This document shows positions 18,083 through 28,658 of a stretch of DNA of 64,000 bases, piece after piece. How positions within the stretch are numbered: the stretch's first letter is position 1; each line of letters opens with the position of its first letter. The notes beneath the pieces are model-generated. The model searched no databases, had not been told where the DNA came from, and worked only from the letters and a program-made list of their open reading frames with translations. This DNA is from Spirochaetia bacterium (GTDB lineage Bacteria > Spirochaetota > Spirochaetia > CADAEX01), in contig OY759746.1 in the NCBI GenBank assembly GCA_963662795.1, forward strand, positions 1,664,001 to 1,728,000, given 5' to 3'. Made by a program: the position numbers and the translations under genes.

Positions 18083-18952
18083 TTATGGCTGATCCCTTGT
18101 TTTTTTTATTAAAGATTCAATATCCTGTCTGATCTGTTTGAGGAAAGGCCTGTATAACTCTGAGTTGAATTCGCATAACACAATACCGTCATAGTCTTTA
18201 AGTATTTTAAATATCTCTTCATAGGGGATCCTTCCCCAGAGCGGCGGAATATGTATGTCGCCTCTGCCGAGTGCAATCCGGTAACCCATCGGTAGACTGT
18301 CATAAACACTGCGGTTTGTTATCCTGAGCGGCTCGAAAATACCGGTATTGTCTGAAATGTGAAGGTGTCCGAGTAAAGGGGCGGATTTTCTTATTGAATC
18401 AAGGTAGTCAAAGCCGATATGTGATGATGCGAGAAATCCATGGCCGGTATCATAATTAAGGACAAAGTTTTTCCTGTTTACTTTTTTTACGAATTCCATT
18501 ACAGGATCGGCGTACTCAACTTCTATATTTTCCATGGCAAGTGTTATGCCGAGTTTTTCAGCATATTCCGCTGCTTCTATATGAGATTCAAGAAATCTTT
18601 TTTCAATCTCCGCTGAATTGCTCTGTTTCTCATAATGAAGATTCAAAAGCACACATCCTGATTCCGCCGCCGCTTCGATTGATGAGAATAAAGTATTTCT
18701 GTGGGTGTCAAAATCATCTTCCGAGCGGAGGTCAACACCGTATCCGATATGCATAGTGTATGTAAAACTGTAATCCGCGAGAAGATTTTTCAAAACAGGA
18801 AGCCATCTTCTTTCAAGTTTTCCTCCGGTTATGAGGGGGAACATGTCAGCGTCAAATTCGACTGCCTGATATCCGGCATCCGAAAAGTCAGAAAGCCATT
18901 TTGAGGCAGTCTCCGGTCTTGTTACAGGTGGAAGGTTTATACCTATTTTCAT
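18083..18952 (-). CDS. Sugar phosphate isomerase/epimerase (AP endonuclease 2-type TIM barrel)
   Basis: MENI, YDTGHG, HLHISDN, GDIHIP, CE metal motifs; ATG at 18952 has AAGGAG RBS. Confidence 0.8.
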   Translation of the reverse strand: MKIGINLPPVTRPETASKWLSDFSDAGYQAVEFDADMFPLITGGKLERRWLPVLKNLLADYSFTYTMHIGYGVDLRSEDDFDTHRNTLFSSIEAAAESGCVLLNLHYEKQSNSAEIEKRFLESHIEAAEYAEKLGITLAMENIEVEYADPVMEFVKKVNRKNFVLNYDTGHGFLASSHIGFDYLDSIRKSAPLLGHLHISDNTGIFEPLRITNRSVYDSLPMGYRIALGRGDIHIPPLWGRIPYEEIFKILKDYDGIVLCEFNSELYRPFLKQIRQDIESLIKKTRDQP

Positions 18953-19195
18953 GTTTTTCTCCTTGCAGTTATCTTTTTCTCCGAATAAAAGATTTAGCAT
19001 TTAACGGAGGAATTGTAAATCAGCTGCGGCAGACTGCTGACATTAAGACTGGTTTTTGTGATAGAATAATTTTATTTTCAAAAATAAAACACTGTATCAT
19101 ACAGGGACTTTGTATTATATTCATTTGTGTTTTTTCAATATTGATTTAATTTTTATTTGATTGGATACTGTTTAAACGCAGATGGAGAGGAAAAT

Positions 19196-20050
19196 ATGGA
19201 ACTTACTTTTCTGGGAACAGGTGCAAGTGAAGGTATTCCGGCATTCAGATGCGTCTGCCCTGTTTGCCGCGAGGCGAGGGAACGGGGAGGCCGGCATATA
19301 AGGCAGAACGCCTCTTTACACCTGCAGTCAGACAGCGGGATAAATGTTCTGATTGACATGCCTCCCCAGATCAAGATGATGCTTGAAAAATACTCTTTAA
19401 GCGATACGGCGCTTGATATTATTCTTTTTACACACTACCACATTGACCATACAGGCGGGATTTTTCATCTTCTTGAGTCGATGCAGGAAAACGGCCATGC
19501 ATCAGGCAGGCCTGTAAGCGTTTACCTGCCTGAAGATTTTTATAAAACCATAATGGACGGAACGTATGCAGACCAGCCTGATATGGGTAAAACTGATTAC
19601 AGGGCATTTTACTCGCTTGAAATTTTACGCAGCCTTGAAAAAATATCGCGCGGTGAGCTTAAAATTTTGGCGCTTGATACGAATCACCTTACCGGCCATC
19701 CTGCCGTCCCCTATAAAAGGGAATGCCACGGCTACCTTTTTACAGAAAACGGTAAGAGCGCAGCTTATATGGTAGACTCATCCGCAACGCTTCCGCCTGC
19801 AACAGTTGAGGCTCTCCTCAGTCAGAACCTTGACTGCCTTATTTATGAATGCACATTTGACCGGTTCCCGGGAAATGGAAGGGGACATAGCGACCATGAG
19901 GGAGTGCTTGGTATCCGCGACCTGCTCAGGCCGGAGAGAATGATCATCACCCACATCAGCCACAGAAATTTCAGCCATGACAGGCTTGCCTCCTTTATGG
20001 AAAAACACGGTATTGAAACTGCTTATGACGGTATGACAGCTGAAATCTAA
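19196..20050 (+). CDS. Metallo-beta-lactamase fold phosphodiesterase, PhnP-like
   Basis: LTFLGTGASEGIP..CVCPVC, THYHIDH, GHS, THISH, AYDGM. Confidence 0.85.
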   Translation: MELTFLGTGASEGIPAFRCVCPVCREARERGGRHIRQNASLHLQSDSGINVLIDMPPQIKMMLEKYSLSDTALDIILFTHYHIDHTGGIFHLLESMQENGHASGRPVSVYLPEDFYKTIMDGTYADQPDMGKTDYRAFYSLEILRSLEKISRGELKILALDTNHLTGHPAVPYKRECHGYLFTENGKSAAYMVDSSATLPPATVEALLSQNLDCLIYECTFDRFPGNGRGHSDHEGVLGIRDLLRPERMIITHISHRNFSHDRLASFMEKHGIETAYDGMTAEI

Positions 20051-20195
20051 TCTGATGACATGAGTCATGTTATTTGTTCATCTGCGTGTGCAGGAATAAA
20101 GTATTAGAATAAAATAATATTCAGTCTTCATCTCTCCTTCAGGGGCTATTAAAATGCTAATTGTCAGATTTTAACTATAAGACAAGGAGCTATTA

Positions 20196-21269
20196 ATGGC
20201 ACGATTAAGGCTGGTTAATATCCATAAACAATTCGGAAACCAGAAGGTCATTGAGGGAATCAGTCTTGACGTGGCAGAAGGTGAATTCCTGACCCTTTTA
20301 GGGCCTTCGGGATGCGGAAAGACGACAACGCTCAAGATAATAGCGGGATTTGTCCAGCCCGATGACGGTGAAATATATTTTGATGATGATCTTGTAAACA
20401 CTGTTCCTCCAAATAAAAGATTTGCCTCAATGTGCTTTCAAACCTACGCGCTTTTCCCTCACATGAGTGTCCGGGACAATGTTGCGTTCGGTCTTAAAAT
20501 GCAGAAAGTAAATGAAGAAGAACAGAAGGAAAGGGTTTTCAGCGCCCTTAAAATTGTCGGACTTGAAAGCCTTGGAGAGAGAAAACCATCACAGCTTTCA
20601 GGCGGACAGCAGCAGCGGGTTGCTCTTGCAAGGGCTATTGTTACAAGACCCAGGATTCTCCTGTTTGATGAACCGCTTTCAAATCTTGATGCGAAACTCA
20701 GGGACAGGGTGCGTGTTGAGATCAGGGAACTCCAGAGGGAACTGGGAATTACAAGCATATACGTAACACACGATCAGGCAGAAGCGCTTGTAATCTCAGA
20801 CAGAATTGTGGTGTTGAATGCCGGAAAGATAGAACAGATAGATGAACCATATGAAATATACCGCAGGCCGGCCAACAGCTTTGTCGCTGATTTCATTGGG
20901 GCCGCAAATATTGGAAAAGGTAAAGTGCTGGAGGTCTTTGAAAAATTATACAGGGTTGAAACGGAATACGGGATTTTTAATATGGAGAAGAATGAAGCGC
21001 TGCCGGACAAGAAAACAGGGGAAAATATTTCTTTTTCATGGCGCCCGGAAGATGTGGAATTTTATAAGGAAGGGGAAACAAACAGGATTGACGGAGTTAT
21101 TGATCAGGCCATATTTATGGGTAACATGACAGACCTTTTCCTGAGTGTTCAGGGTAAAAGACTGCGGGCACAGATGGCAGGCCGGATATATTTAAAAGAG
21201 GCTGAGAAGATTGTAATCAGGGTAGATGAAACTAATTTCCGTATTCTCGGAGGTTCGTCAGATGTCTAG
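20196..21269 (+). CDS. ABC transporter ATP-binding protein (PotA-like)
   Basis: GPSGCGKTT, LSGGQQQRVALARA, FDEPLSNLDAKLR; AAGGAG RBS. Confidence 0.93.
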   Translation: MARLRLVNIHKQFGNQKVIEGISLDVAEGEFLTLLGPSGCGKTTTLKIIAGFVQPDDGEIYFDDDLVNTVPPNKRFASMCFQTYALFPHMSVRDNVAFGLKMQKVNEEEQKERVFSALKIVGLESLGERKPSQLSGGQQQRVALARAIVTRPRILLFDEPLSNLDAKLRDRVRVEIRELQRELGITSIYVTHDQAEALVISDRIVVLNAGKIEQIDEPYEIYRRPANSFVADFIGAANIGKGKVLEVFEKLYRVETEYGIFNMEKNEALPDKKTGENISFSWRPEDVEFYKEGETNRIDGVIDQAIFMGNMTDLFLSVQGKRLRAQMAGRIYLKEAEKIVIRVDETNFRILGGSSDV

Positions 21270-22122
21270 AAAACCTGTCGGTGAAAAGATGAGTAATTTT
21301 CTTTTACTGCTCCCGGGGGCCGGTTTTATTTTTATTTTTCTCTCCTTTGCTTTTCTCCTCACAATTCTTCAAAGTTTCGGCCTTTTTTCCCTGATCGGAG
21401 AATCCCGTTTTACCTTTCGTTACTGGGGTATAATATTTGAACAGGAATTTATAGATTCCTTTCTCTTTTCACTTAAAGTCGGTATCGGAAGCGCTTTCGG
21501 TACACTTTTATTCAGCTATCCTATAGCGCTTTTTTTAAGGAAAAAAGGTTTTGGAAAAAAGACCCTCGGGTCACTCATAAAAATACCGCTTTTTATTCCG
21601 GCCCTTGTCGTAGCTTTTTTAATTGTCAATCTTATCTCTTATCACGGTCTGCTTAATTCCGCACTTGTTGCTGCCGGAATTATTAAGGAACCGTTAAGGC
21701 TGCTTAACGATCAGTTCGGATGGGGTGTTCTCTTTATTCAGATATGGAAAAACATCCCTTTTCAGCTGCTGATAATTTCATCATCCCTTGCCGTTATCAG
21801 GGATGACCTTGAAGACGCGGCGCTCAACCTCGGCGCAAACAAGCTCCAGGTTATAATGCGCATAATAATTCCGCTGTCAATTCCCGGAATTCTGGTTTCT
21901 GTAATACTGGTGTTCATAATGACATTCGGTGATTTTGCAATAACAAAAATTGCAGGCCCGGTATATCCCAACTCCATGAGTGTCCGGATGCTCACGGAAG
22001 CTATAGTGTTCCAGGAGTGGAACAGGGCTGCGGTAATGGGTGTGATTATCATGTCAACAGCTTTGATATTTGTTGCTTTCTATTCAAAGATCGCGAAAGT
22101 TATTCAGGAGAACAAACTGTGA
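21262..22122 (+). CDS. ABC transporter permease
   Basis: TM segments, LEDAALNLGA EAA loop; GGAGG RBS before 21262. Confidence 0.88.
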   Translation: MSRKPVGEKMSNFLLLLPGAGFIFIFLSFAFLLTILQSFGLFSLIGESRFTFRYWGIIFEQEFIDSFLFSLKVGIGSAFGTLLFSYPIALFLRKKGFGKKTLGSLIKIPLFIPALVVAFLIVNLISYHGLLNSALVAAGIIKEPLRLLNDQFGWGVLFIQIWKNIPFQLLIISSSLAVIRDDLEDAALNLGANKLQVIMRIIIPLSIPGILVSVILVFIMTFGDFAITKIAGPVYPNSMSVRMLTEAIVFQEWNRAAVMGVIIMSTALIFVAFYSKIAKVIQENKL

Positions 22123-22970
22123 ATTTAATTACAGAAAGAATATTAAAAAAAAGAAGGCTTTTTTTTGGAATAATTACCGCCTTTTTTATTATCATGCAGC
22201 TTATCTGGATATTCACTCCAGTCATGTTTGCAGTGCTCTGGTCGCTTGTTGATCCTGACCATCCATGGTCATATCCGGACGCTTTTCCAAAAGTGCTCTC
22301 TCTTGCCCAGTGGAAATATGTATTTGATTATACCAATATCATAAGGGCACTGGCGACAAGCTATTCAATTGCTCCGCTGGCATCGCTGCTTGCCTTTATC
22401 CTCGCTCTTCCGACTTCCTATGTCCTCGGGAGAAAAAATTTCGCAGGAAAATCTATTATTTCAAATTTTATTCTCCTTCCCATAATTCTTCCGGGAATGG
22501 TTGTTGCTCTTTTTCTGAGCAGGGTTTTCGCAGTTTTCGGCCTTGCCCAGACCTATGCCGGCCTGGTAATAGGGCACTGCCTGATGGGTATTCCGTTCAT
22601 GATCAGAATATTGACAACAAGCTTCGCTTCCATACCGCAGGATGTGATTGATGCCGCGGAAAACCTGGGTGCGGGAGTATGGGAAAAGATAAGGTATGTT
22701 TTTATCCCCATGGTACTTCCCGGTCTTTTTGCCGGTACTATTTTTACGTTTATTACAAGCCTTGAAGAGTTTAACCTGACCTTTATCATAGGTACTCCGA
22801 CATTCGAGACTGTTCCGACAATACTGTATTCATTCCTCGGATATCATTTTATAAGAACAAACGCCGCTGTTGTCTCCCTTATTCTTATGGTTCCTAATAT
22901 TATCATGCTGCTTCTGGCTGAAAGACTTATGAAAACAGATTACTTGTCTGCTTCACTCGGTAAAATGTGA
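22119..22970 (+). CDS. ABC transporter permease
   Basis: GTG start overlapping upstream TGA with AGGAG RBS; IDAAENLGA EAA loop; FITSLEEF. Confidence 0.88.
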   Translation: MNLITERILKKRRLFFGIITAFFIIMQLIWIFTPVMFAVLWSLVDPDHPWSYPDAFPKVLSLAQWKYVFDYTNIIRALATSYSIAPLASLLAFILALPTSYVLGRKNFAGKSIISNFILLPIILPGMVVALFLSRVFAVFGLAQTYAGLVIGHCLMGIPFMIRILTTSFASIPQDVIDAAENLGAGVWEKIRYVFIPMVLPGLFAGTIFTFITSLEEFNLTFIIGTPTFETVPTILYSFLGYHFIRTNAAVVSLILMVPNIIMLLLAERLMKTDYLSASLGKM

Positions 22971-23059
22971 CAGAGGAGTTTTAATAAATAAACCCGGCAG
23001 AACCTGACCTGGTAAAAAACAGATGTTTTTTGGATATCTGTAAATAATATATGGAGGAA

Positions 23060-24217
23060 ATGATGAAAAAAAGAATTTTTCTTGTGTTAATCGGCATTTT
23101 GCTTTGCAGCCTTGCTTTCGCGGGGGGCTCAAAAGAGAAAGCTTCCGTGGAAAAAGATTACCTGTCCATGTCATGGGACAAAATAATTGAGGAAGCAAAA
23201 GCCGAAGGCGAGCTTGTTTTTTATACCTGGTGGGGAGAAGAACACTGGATAGAAGCAGGCAAGAGTTTTGAGAAAAAATACGGCATCAAAACCAAAATTA
23301 TTGTCGGTGATGCGGCTGCTAACGCAAACAAGGTTGTTGCCGAAGGAAAACAGGAAACAGGGACTATTGATGCGATCATGATCGGCGGCGATTATCTTAA
23401 GCCTGTTATGGACCTTGGTTTGTTTATGAAACCGATAACCAGGGTAATACCTGATGTAGACAAACTTGATCCCAAACTTCTCCAATTTGTTGAAGGGCTT
23501 AAAAATAACGGTGAGCTTATTCCTCTTTACAGAAACCAGACAGGCCTTCTCTATAATCCTGCAAAAGTACCTAATCCGCCGCAGACCTGGGCTGAACTAA
23601 CAGCATGGATAAAGGCAAATCCGAAGAGATTCGGCTTTAACGATCCCTCAAAGGGAGGGTCCGGGCAGTCTTTTGTGCATGCAGCCATTGGTGAGATTAC
23701 AGGAGGTCTTGATCAGTACAGGGGCGATCTTGAAGCAGTACCTGCCAAGATGGAGAGCTGGGGCAAAGTCTGGGACTGGATGAACAGTATGGAAGAATAC
23801 TGGACATATACGACATCCAATAACGATTCCATATCCAGGGTTAATTCGGGCGAATTCTGGATGACAGTAGCCTGGGACGATGATATGCAGGTAAACCTTA
23901 AAAAAGGAAGCCTCTTCAAGGACGCTGTCCTTTATATTCCTGAATTCGGGCTCGCAGGCGGAGGCGACTGCGCGGGTGTGCTTAAAAACGCGAAGCACAA
24001 GGCGGCAGGACTTCTCTTTCTGTCATTTCTCACACAACCTGACCAGCAGCTGTTAATGAATGAAAGGATTGGAAGCTATCTTGCAAGAACAGATGTCAGC
24101 GGAAAAATGCAGCTGCTTCCGGAAGAGCAGAGGCAGAAATACGGAGTACCATGGATTCCTGCTCCCTACAAGAGAGCGTTTATCGACCAGTTTGTAAAAA
24201 ATGTTTTAATGAAATAG
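23060..24217 (+). CDS. ABC transporter solute-binding protein (YnjB/PotD-like)
   Basis: Signal peptide ending AFAGGSKE; WDKIIEEAKAEG, LYNP, PPQTWAEL, NPKRFGFN. Confidence 0.88.
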   Translation: MMKKRIFLVLIGILLCSLAFAGGSKEKASVEKDYLSMSWDKIIEEAKAEGELVFYTWWGEEHWIEAGKSFEKKYGIKTKIIVGDAAANANKVVAEGKQETGTIDAIMIGGDYLKPVMDLGLFMKPITRVIPDVDKLDPKLLQFVEGLKNNGELIPLYRNQTGLLYNPAKVPNPPQTWAELTAWIKANPKRFGFNDPSKGGSGQSFVHAAIGEITGGLDQYRGDLEAVPAKMESWGKVWDWMNSMEEYWTYTTSNNDSISRVNSGEFWMTVAWDDDMQVNLKKGSLFKDAVLYIPEFGLAGGGDCAGVLKNAKHKAAGLLFLSFLTQPDQQLLMNERIGSYLARTDVSGKMQLLPEEQRQKYGVPWIPAPYKRAFIDQFVKNVLMK

Positions 24218-24221
24218 GAAA

Positions 24222-24252
24222 AAAGAGCGGAACCGTCGCTGGTTCCGCTTTT
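24222..24252 (+). terminator. Intrinsic terminator after ABC operon 2
   Basis: AGCGGAACC-gtcgct-GGTTCCGCT followed by TTT. Confidence 0.75.
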
Positions 24253-24292
24253 AAATTTATTGTATTCTGGAAAACAGGGGATATTTATTTTT

Positions 24293-25468
24293 ATGAGCAT
24301 CAGGTATTTTCTGGTTGTCATTATTATTGTCTCACTTTTGGCCGGAATAATGGTTATAATCGGCAATGTAGACGGCCGTATTGATGAAAAGGAAGACGGA
24401 ATAACTGATATCAGTTCCATGAGCTGGGATGAAATAAAGGCAGAGGCTTTATCGGAAGGTAATGTGATAATTACAACCTGGTGGGCGGAATCATATTTCA
24501 ACCATATTGCCGGGCTGTTTGAAGATAAATACGGCATACATGCAGAGGTTGTAGTTCAGCAGAATGAAACAACACTCCAAAAGATAATTCTTGAGAAAAA
24601 ACTCAAGACAGGGAGTATAGATATATTTATAGCGGGTTTTGCCGGCCATCTGCAGAAGGCTCTTGATGAGAATATTTTTTTACCGGGACTGAAAAAAATT
24701 CCTGACTGGGATAAGCTTCTTTATCCTGACAGAAGCTACCAGAAAAACATGTTTATCGAAGATTTAATGATTCCAATTTACAGAAACCAGGTCGGGTTTT
24801 TATATAACCCCGCTTTTGTGCCTGACCCTCCCCGCAGCTGGGAAGATTTCAACAGATGGATCAATGAAAACCCCAGGAAATTTGTTTTCAGCGCAAAAAA
24901 TGACGGGTCCGGGGAGGCATTCAAGCATTCAGTTGTCTACAGGCTTACCGGCGGGGCAGCACAGTACAGAACAGGCAGCAGGCATCTTGATAATGAAAAA
25001 GTAAAAAACTGGAACATCGCCTGGGACTGGTTTAACAGTAACAGGGCCGTACTGGGATTCAGCTGTTCCAACCATGACTCGCTTAAAAGAATTCATTATA
25101 AAGATGCATGGATAACTCCGGCGTTTGTTGATGATACAATTATTGCGATGAACAATGGACTCCTTGATAACACTCTTAAGATGTATATTCCCGATTTCGG
25201 CCTGTTCAAGGGGGGTGACGGCGCAGGTATTGTTGCAAATGCACCGCACAAGGCAGCAGCTATTCTTTTTCTCTCGTTTTTGGTCGACAGGGATATACAG
25301 CTTTTGATGAAAGAGCTTATAGGATCAGACTGCATCAGGAGTGATATTGAAAAACCTGACAGTCCGTTTCTGACCGGAGCCGAGAGGACTCACGCAATTG
25401 CCCACACTGATCCGGTTTATTACATATACCTTGATTCAGAATTTAAAAAACATGTTCTTAAGGAATAG
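24293..25468 (+). CDS. Solute-binding protein paralog with N-terminal membrane anchor; probable sensory SBP of adjacent two-component system
   Basis: Shares SMSWD, TWW, YRNQ.G.LYNP, YIP.FGL..GGD and HKAA blocks with 23060 SBP; lacks the AGGxKE junction. Confidence 0.8.
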   Translation: MSIRYFLVVIIIVSLLAGIMVIIGNVDGRIDEKEDGITDISSMSWDEIKAEALSEGNVIITTWWAESYFNHIAGLFEDKYGIHAEVVVQQNETTLQKIILEKKLKTGSIDIFIAGFAGHLQKALDENIFLPGLKKIPDWDKLLYPDRSYQKNMFIEDLMIPIYRNQVGFLYNPAFVPDPPRSWEDFNRWINENPRKFVFSAKNDGSGEAFKHSVVYRLTGGAAQYRTGSRHLDNEKVKNWNIAWDWFNSNRAVLGFSCSNHDSLKRIHYKDAWITPAFVDDTIIAMNNGLLDNTLKMYIPDFGLFKGGDGAGIVANAPHKAAAILFLSFLVDRDIQLLMKELIGSDCIRSDIEKPDSPFLTGAERTHAIAHTDPVYYIYLDSEFKKHVLKE

Positions 25469-25470
25469 AA

Positions 25471-26739
25471 CTATATCTTTCTGATGTCATTTCTGTAATC
25501 TGACGGCCTCTTCCCTGTAAGTTTCCGGAATATACGGCTGAAGTAGCTTGGATTTTCATATCCGATCTGATAGGAAATTTCATAATTTTTCATGTCGGAA
25601 CCTGCGAGGAGCTCTTTTGCTTTTTCGATTCTGTATTCGGTCAGGAATTCCCAGATGCTTATGCCGGTTTCACTTCTGAACAGATGACAGAAATAATTTT
25701 TGCTTATGCCGGCATAGCTGCATATATCATCAAGATTTATATTTTCGCTGTAATGGCTGCCTATATATTTTTTAGCGCTTCTTATATATCTGGACCTGTC
25801 TCCCCCCGGATTAAAATCTGCCGGCTGGCCGTTCTTTGACCTGAACATTTCCGGTTTTAGAATCAGTGTATTCTCAAACAGGTATTTTTTTGAAATATAT
25901 GAGCACACCTCTTCATAGGCGCTGTGAAGGTTGAAACAGCTGTTGTATAAACTGCTAAGTGCTATAACCACTGAAATATCCTTTTCCTTCTGTACCGCCT
26001 CAAGACAGCCGGCAATAACTTTGTCCCTGGTAAGATTGCTGCATTCAGCAAGCAGCATAATGTACTCATCAGGCGTGTTTTCAAAGAAATAGGTTTTTCC
26101 TTCATAGTAAGTTTTCAGTATCCCGGTTATCTGTGTAATCATATCAACCGGTTTCCTGTTTTCAGTAGATGTAATGTAGTTGTTATAATCAAGTCTTGTT
26201 ATGGAAAGCAGAACCATCTGAAAATTGCCAAGGTCTAAATTTATTTCCAGCATGTTCATTATTTTCCTGTATTCCTCAAAGTCATTCCTTGGATAAAGAA
26301 GATTCCTTAACAGCCTTTCTGCAGCATAATCAAGAGATTTTTGATGGACAAGTTTTCTCGACATATCTGACTGAATTTCTTCAACAGATTCAATTATCAG
26401 CTGCTCAAGTTTATCTTCATCAAGCGGTTTAAGCAGATACCCTCTGACCCCGTAACTTATTGCTTTCTGGGCATATTTAAATTCATTGTACGCGCTTAAA
26501 ATTATTATCTGGATTTCAATTTCATCTTCCCTGATTCTGCTAATCAGTTCGAGGCCGTCCATTTCCGGCATTATGATGTCGGTTATCAAAATATCAGGAC
26601 TATAATCTTTAATAATTGATAAGGCTTCAGCACCGTCAGATGCTTTTCTTATTTCGTTGATTCCCAATGATTTCCAGTCGAGTATATTTTCAAGAAGCCT
26701 GAGCGTAGGCTCTTCGTCATCGCATATCAGCATCTTCAT
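25471..26739 (-). CDS. YesN-type response regulator (REC + AraC HTH)
   Basis: ICDDE, TDIIMPEMDG, YLLKP; C-terminal SKNYFCHLF...GYENPSYFSRIFRKLTG. Confidence 0.93.
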   Translation of the reverse strand: MKMLICDDEEPTLRLLENILDWKSLGINEIRKASDGAEALSIIKDYSPDILITDIIMPEMDGLELISRIREDEIEIQIIILSAYNEFKYAQKAISYGVRGYLLKPLDEDKLEQLIIESVEEIQSDMSRKLVHQKSLDYAAERLLRNLLYPRNDFEEYRKIMNMLEINLDLGNFQMVLLSITRLDYNNYITSTENRKPVDMITQITGILKTYYEGKTYFFENTPDEYIMLLAECSNLTRDKVIAGCLEAVQKEKDISVVIALSSLYNSCFNLHSAYEEVCSYISKKYLFENTLILKPEMFRSKNGQPADFNPGGDRSRYIRSAKKYIGSHYSENINLDDICSYAGISKNYFCHLFRSETGISIWEFLTEYRIEKAKELLAGSDMKNYEISYQIGYENPSYFSRIFRKLTGKRPSDYRNDIRKI

Positions 26740-28529
26740 ATTATCTCCTCCTCATTTTTTATGTCCGGCAGGAGGAGTTCAATCCTGAATCCCTTACCTT
26801 CTTCTGAAAACACGCTTGCTCCGAATGGCGAACCGAATTTGAGAACAATTCTGTTGTGAACATTTTTAAGTCCTATGTTTTCCCCTTTATCTTCCATTGA
26901 CTGATCTTTCATATAGTTCCTTATATACCTTAGTCTTTCTTCCGACACACCGCTGCCGTTATCATCAATAGAAATATTTAGTTTGTTGTCAGAGCCTGAT
27001 ATCCTGATACTTATATCAATGGCTTTTACCTTTAATTTGTTATGATTGATGGAATTTTCAACTATAGGCTGGAGTATGAGTTTTATGGTTTTCCTGTTTA
27101 AAAGTTCATCCGGACATTCGATGGAACAGCTGATAAGAGAGGGAAATCTTTTGGACTGGATATCGAGATAATTACCGAGATGATTTAATTCATCTTTCAG
27201 GTTAACAAGCTCTTCCTGATGATAGATACCGTATCTGAGCATGTTCCCGAGACTTGTTATGATATGTCCTGTTTCCTTGTTCCCTTCGCTTACAGCAGAG
27301 GATTTAAGCAGCTGTAAAGTGTTGAAGAGGAAATGAGGATTTATCTGAGCCTGCAGTGCTTTTATCTGTGCTTCCTTGTTCTGCAGCTGGAAAGAATATA
27401 TTTTCCTGTTGAGGGTAACGAGGTTCGTAACGAGGCTGTTGATCTTTGAGCTTAAAAGCCCTGTTTCTGTAGTTTCATTTTCATTGACGGTAATATCAAA
27501 ATTACCCTTTTCGATTTTTTCCATTACTCCGATAATATTTTCTATCGGTTTGGTAATCAGTCTGTTCATAAAGCTGTATGATACGTAAAGCATGAAAGCC
27601 AGAAACGCGACAATCACGGCAAATATATATTTAAGAGGAGTTATGTGGGAGACAAGTTCATCCCTTGGAATTACTGCAATTATTGACCACCCTGAAATAC
27701 GTGAGATGGTATGTACAACTGCCATTTCCCTTCCTCCAATAATTGTGAAAAAAGGATTATGTGTTTTTGTGATTTTTTCTTTAAGACTTTCTACTTCCCG
27801 GATATAAGAAGGAGTGTAATTGTTTCTGAATATTGATCTGCCGGTTCCGTCAAGCAGTATTATCTGTCCGTTTTTTTCAAGTGTAATATTCCTGAGTGCG
27901 TCAAACAGTTCATAGATATTCAGGTTGCATATAATTGACTCTCCATAAACCCAGTCCATGTTGAGAAAATTAAATACCGGTATGACCGCTGACACTGTTT
28001 CGTTGGAGCCGCCATAGTTCTCATAATAATAATTCTGATGGTGCATCCCGGTGAAGATAATTGATTTTTCATCTGCAGGCCTGGGATACCAGGGCTGTTC
28101 GAAAAAATTAAAGGAAGGAACGACCCCTTTACCTGAAGCCGCTATTGAGTGTCCTGATTTGTCTATTAAAATTATATCCCTGATCTTACTGTTGAATTTA
28201 ACAAGGTCCTGCAGATAATACTCTACCTTCCAGAGATTTTCCGCCGCAAGAGTGCTTTGCGTTCCGAGTATGTCGAGATGTGACAGTATTATCTGATTAG
28301 TCGCGGCTGAAGAACATATCATATTAATCTGCCACAGGTATGAATCAATATTCCGGCCTGTCTCAATAACAAGTTTGTTGGTGTAGGAGAAAATGTTGTT
28401 CATGAAAATGTTTGAAAATACTTTATAGCCGCCAAGGCCGAAAATTGAGAAGAAAAGAAATATGTAAAAAAAGTAGAAAAGGATAATTTTACCCTTGATC
28501 GACCTGTAGTGGTGCAGGATGCGGAACAT
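26736..28529 (-). CDS. YesM/LytS-type sensor histidine kinase (Cache, HAMP, His_kinase, HATPase)
   Basis: Two TM helices; LQAQINPHFLFNTL; LQPIVENSINH; DNGSG; IGLKNVHNRI. Confidence 0.93.
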   Translation of the reverse strand: MFRILHHYRSIKGKIILFYFFYIFLFFSIFGLGGYKVFSNIFMNNIFSYTNKLVIETGRNIDSYLWQINMICSSAATNQIILSHLDILGTQSTLAAENLWKVEYYLQDLVKFNSKIRDIILIDKSGHSIAASGKGVVPSFNFFEQPWYPRPADEKSIIFTGMHHQNYYYENYGGSNETVSAVIPVFNFLNMDWVYGESIICNLNIYELFDALRNITLEKNGQIILLDGTGRSIFRNNYTPSYIREVESLKEKITKTHNPFFTIIGGREMAVVHTISRISGWSIIAVIPRDELVSHITPLKYIFAVIVAFLAFMLYVSYSFMNRLITKPIENIIGVMEKIEKGNFDITVNENETTETGLLSSKINSLVTNLVTLNRKIYSFQLQNKEAQIKALQAQINPHFLFNTLQLLKSSAVSEGNKETGHIITSLGNMLRYGIYHQEELVNLKDELNHLGNYLDIQSKRFPSLISCSIECPDELLNRKTIKLILQPIVENSINHNKLKVKAIDISIRISGSDNKLNISIDDNGSGVSEERLRYIRNYMKDQSMEDKGENIGLKNVHNRIVLKFGSPFGASVFSEEGKGFRIELLLPDIKNEEEII

Positions 28530-28658
28530 GATGATATAGTAGCATTAAAAGTTTTGAAAATAAATTATTGAAATAATATATTCGCAGAAAAAGATAATAT
28601 CTTTCCTTCTTCGAAAGTACTTAAAGGGAATATAAATAATATTCAGGACGGTGATCAT

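Noticed and set aside
19196-24217. Phosphonate (C-P lyase) utilisation locus
   Set aside because: No phnGHIJKLM in the window and the transporter is not PhnCDE-like
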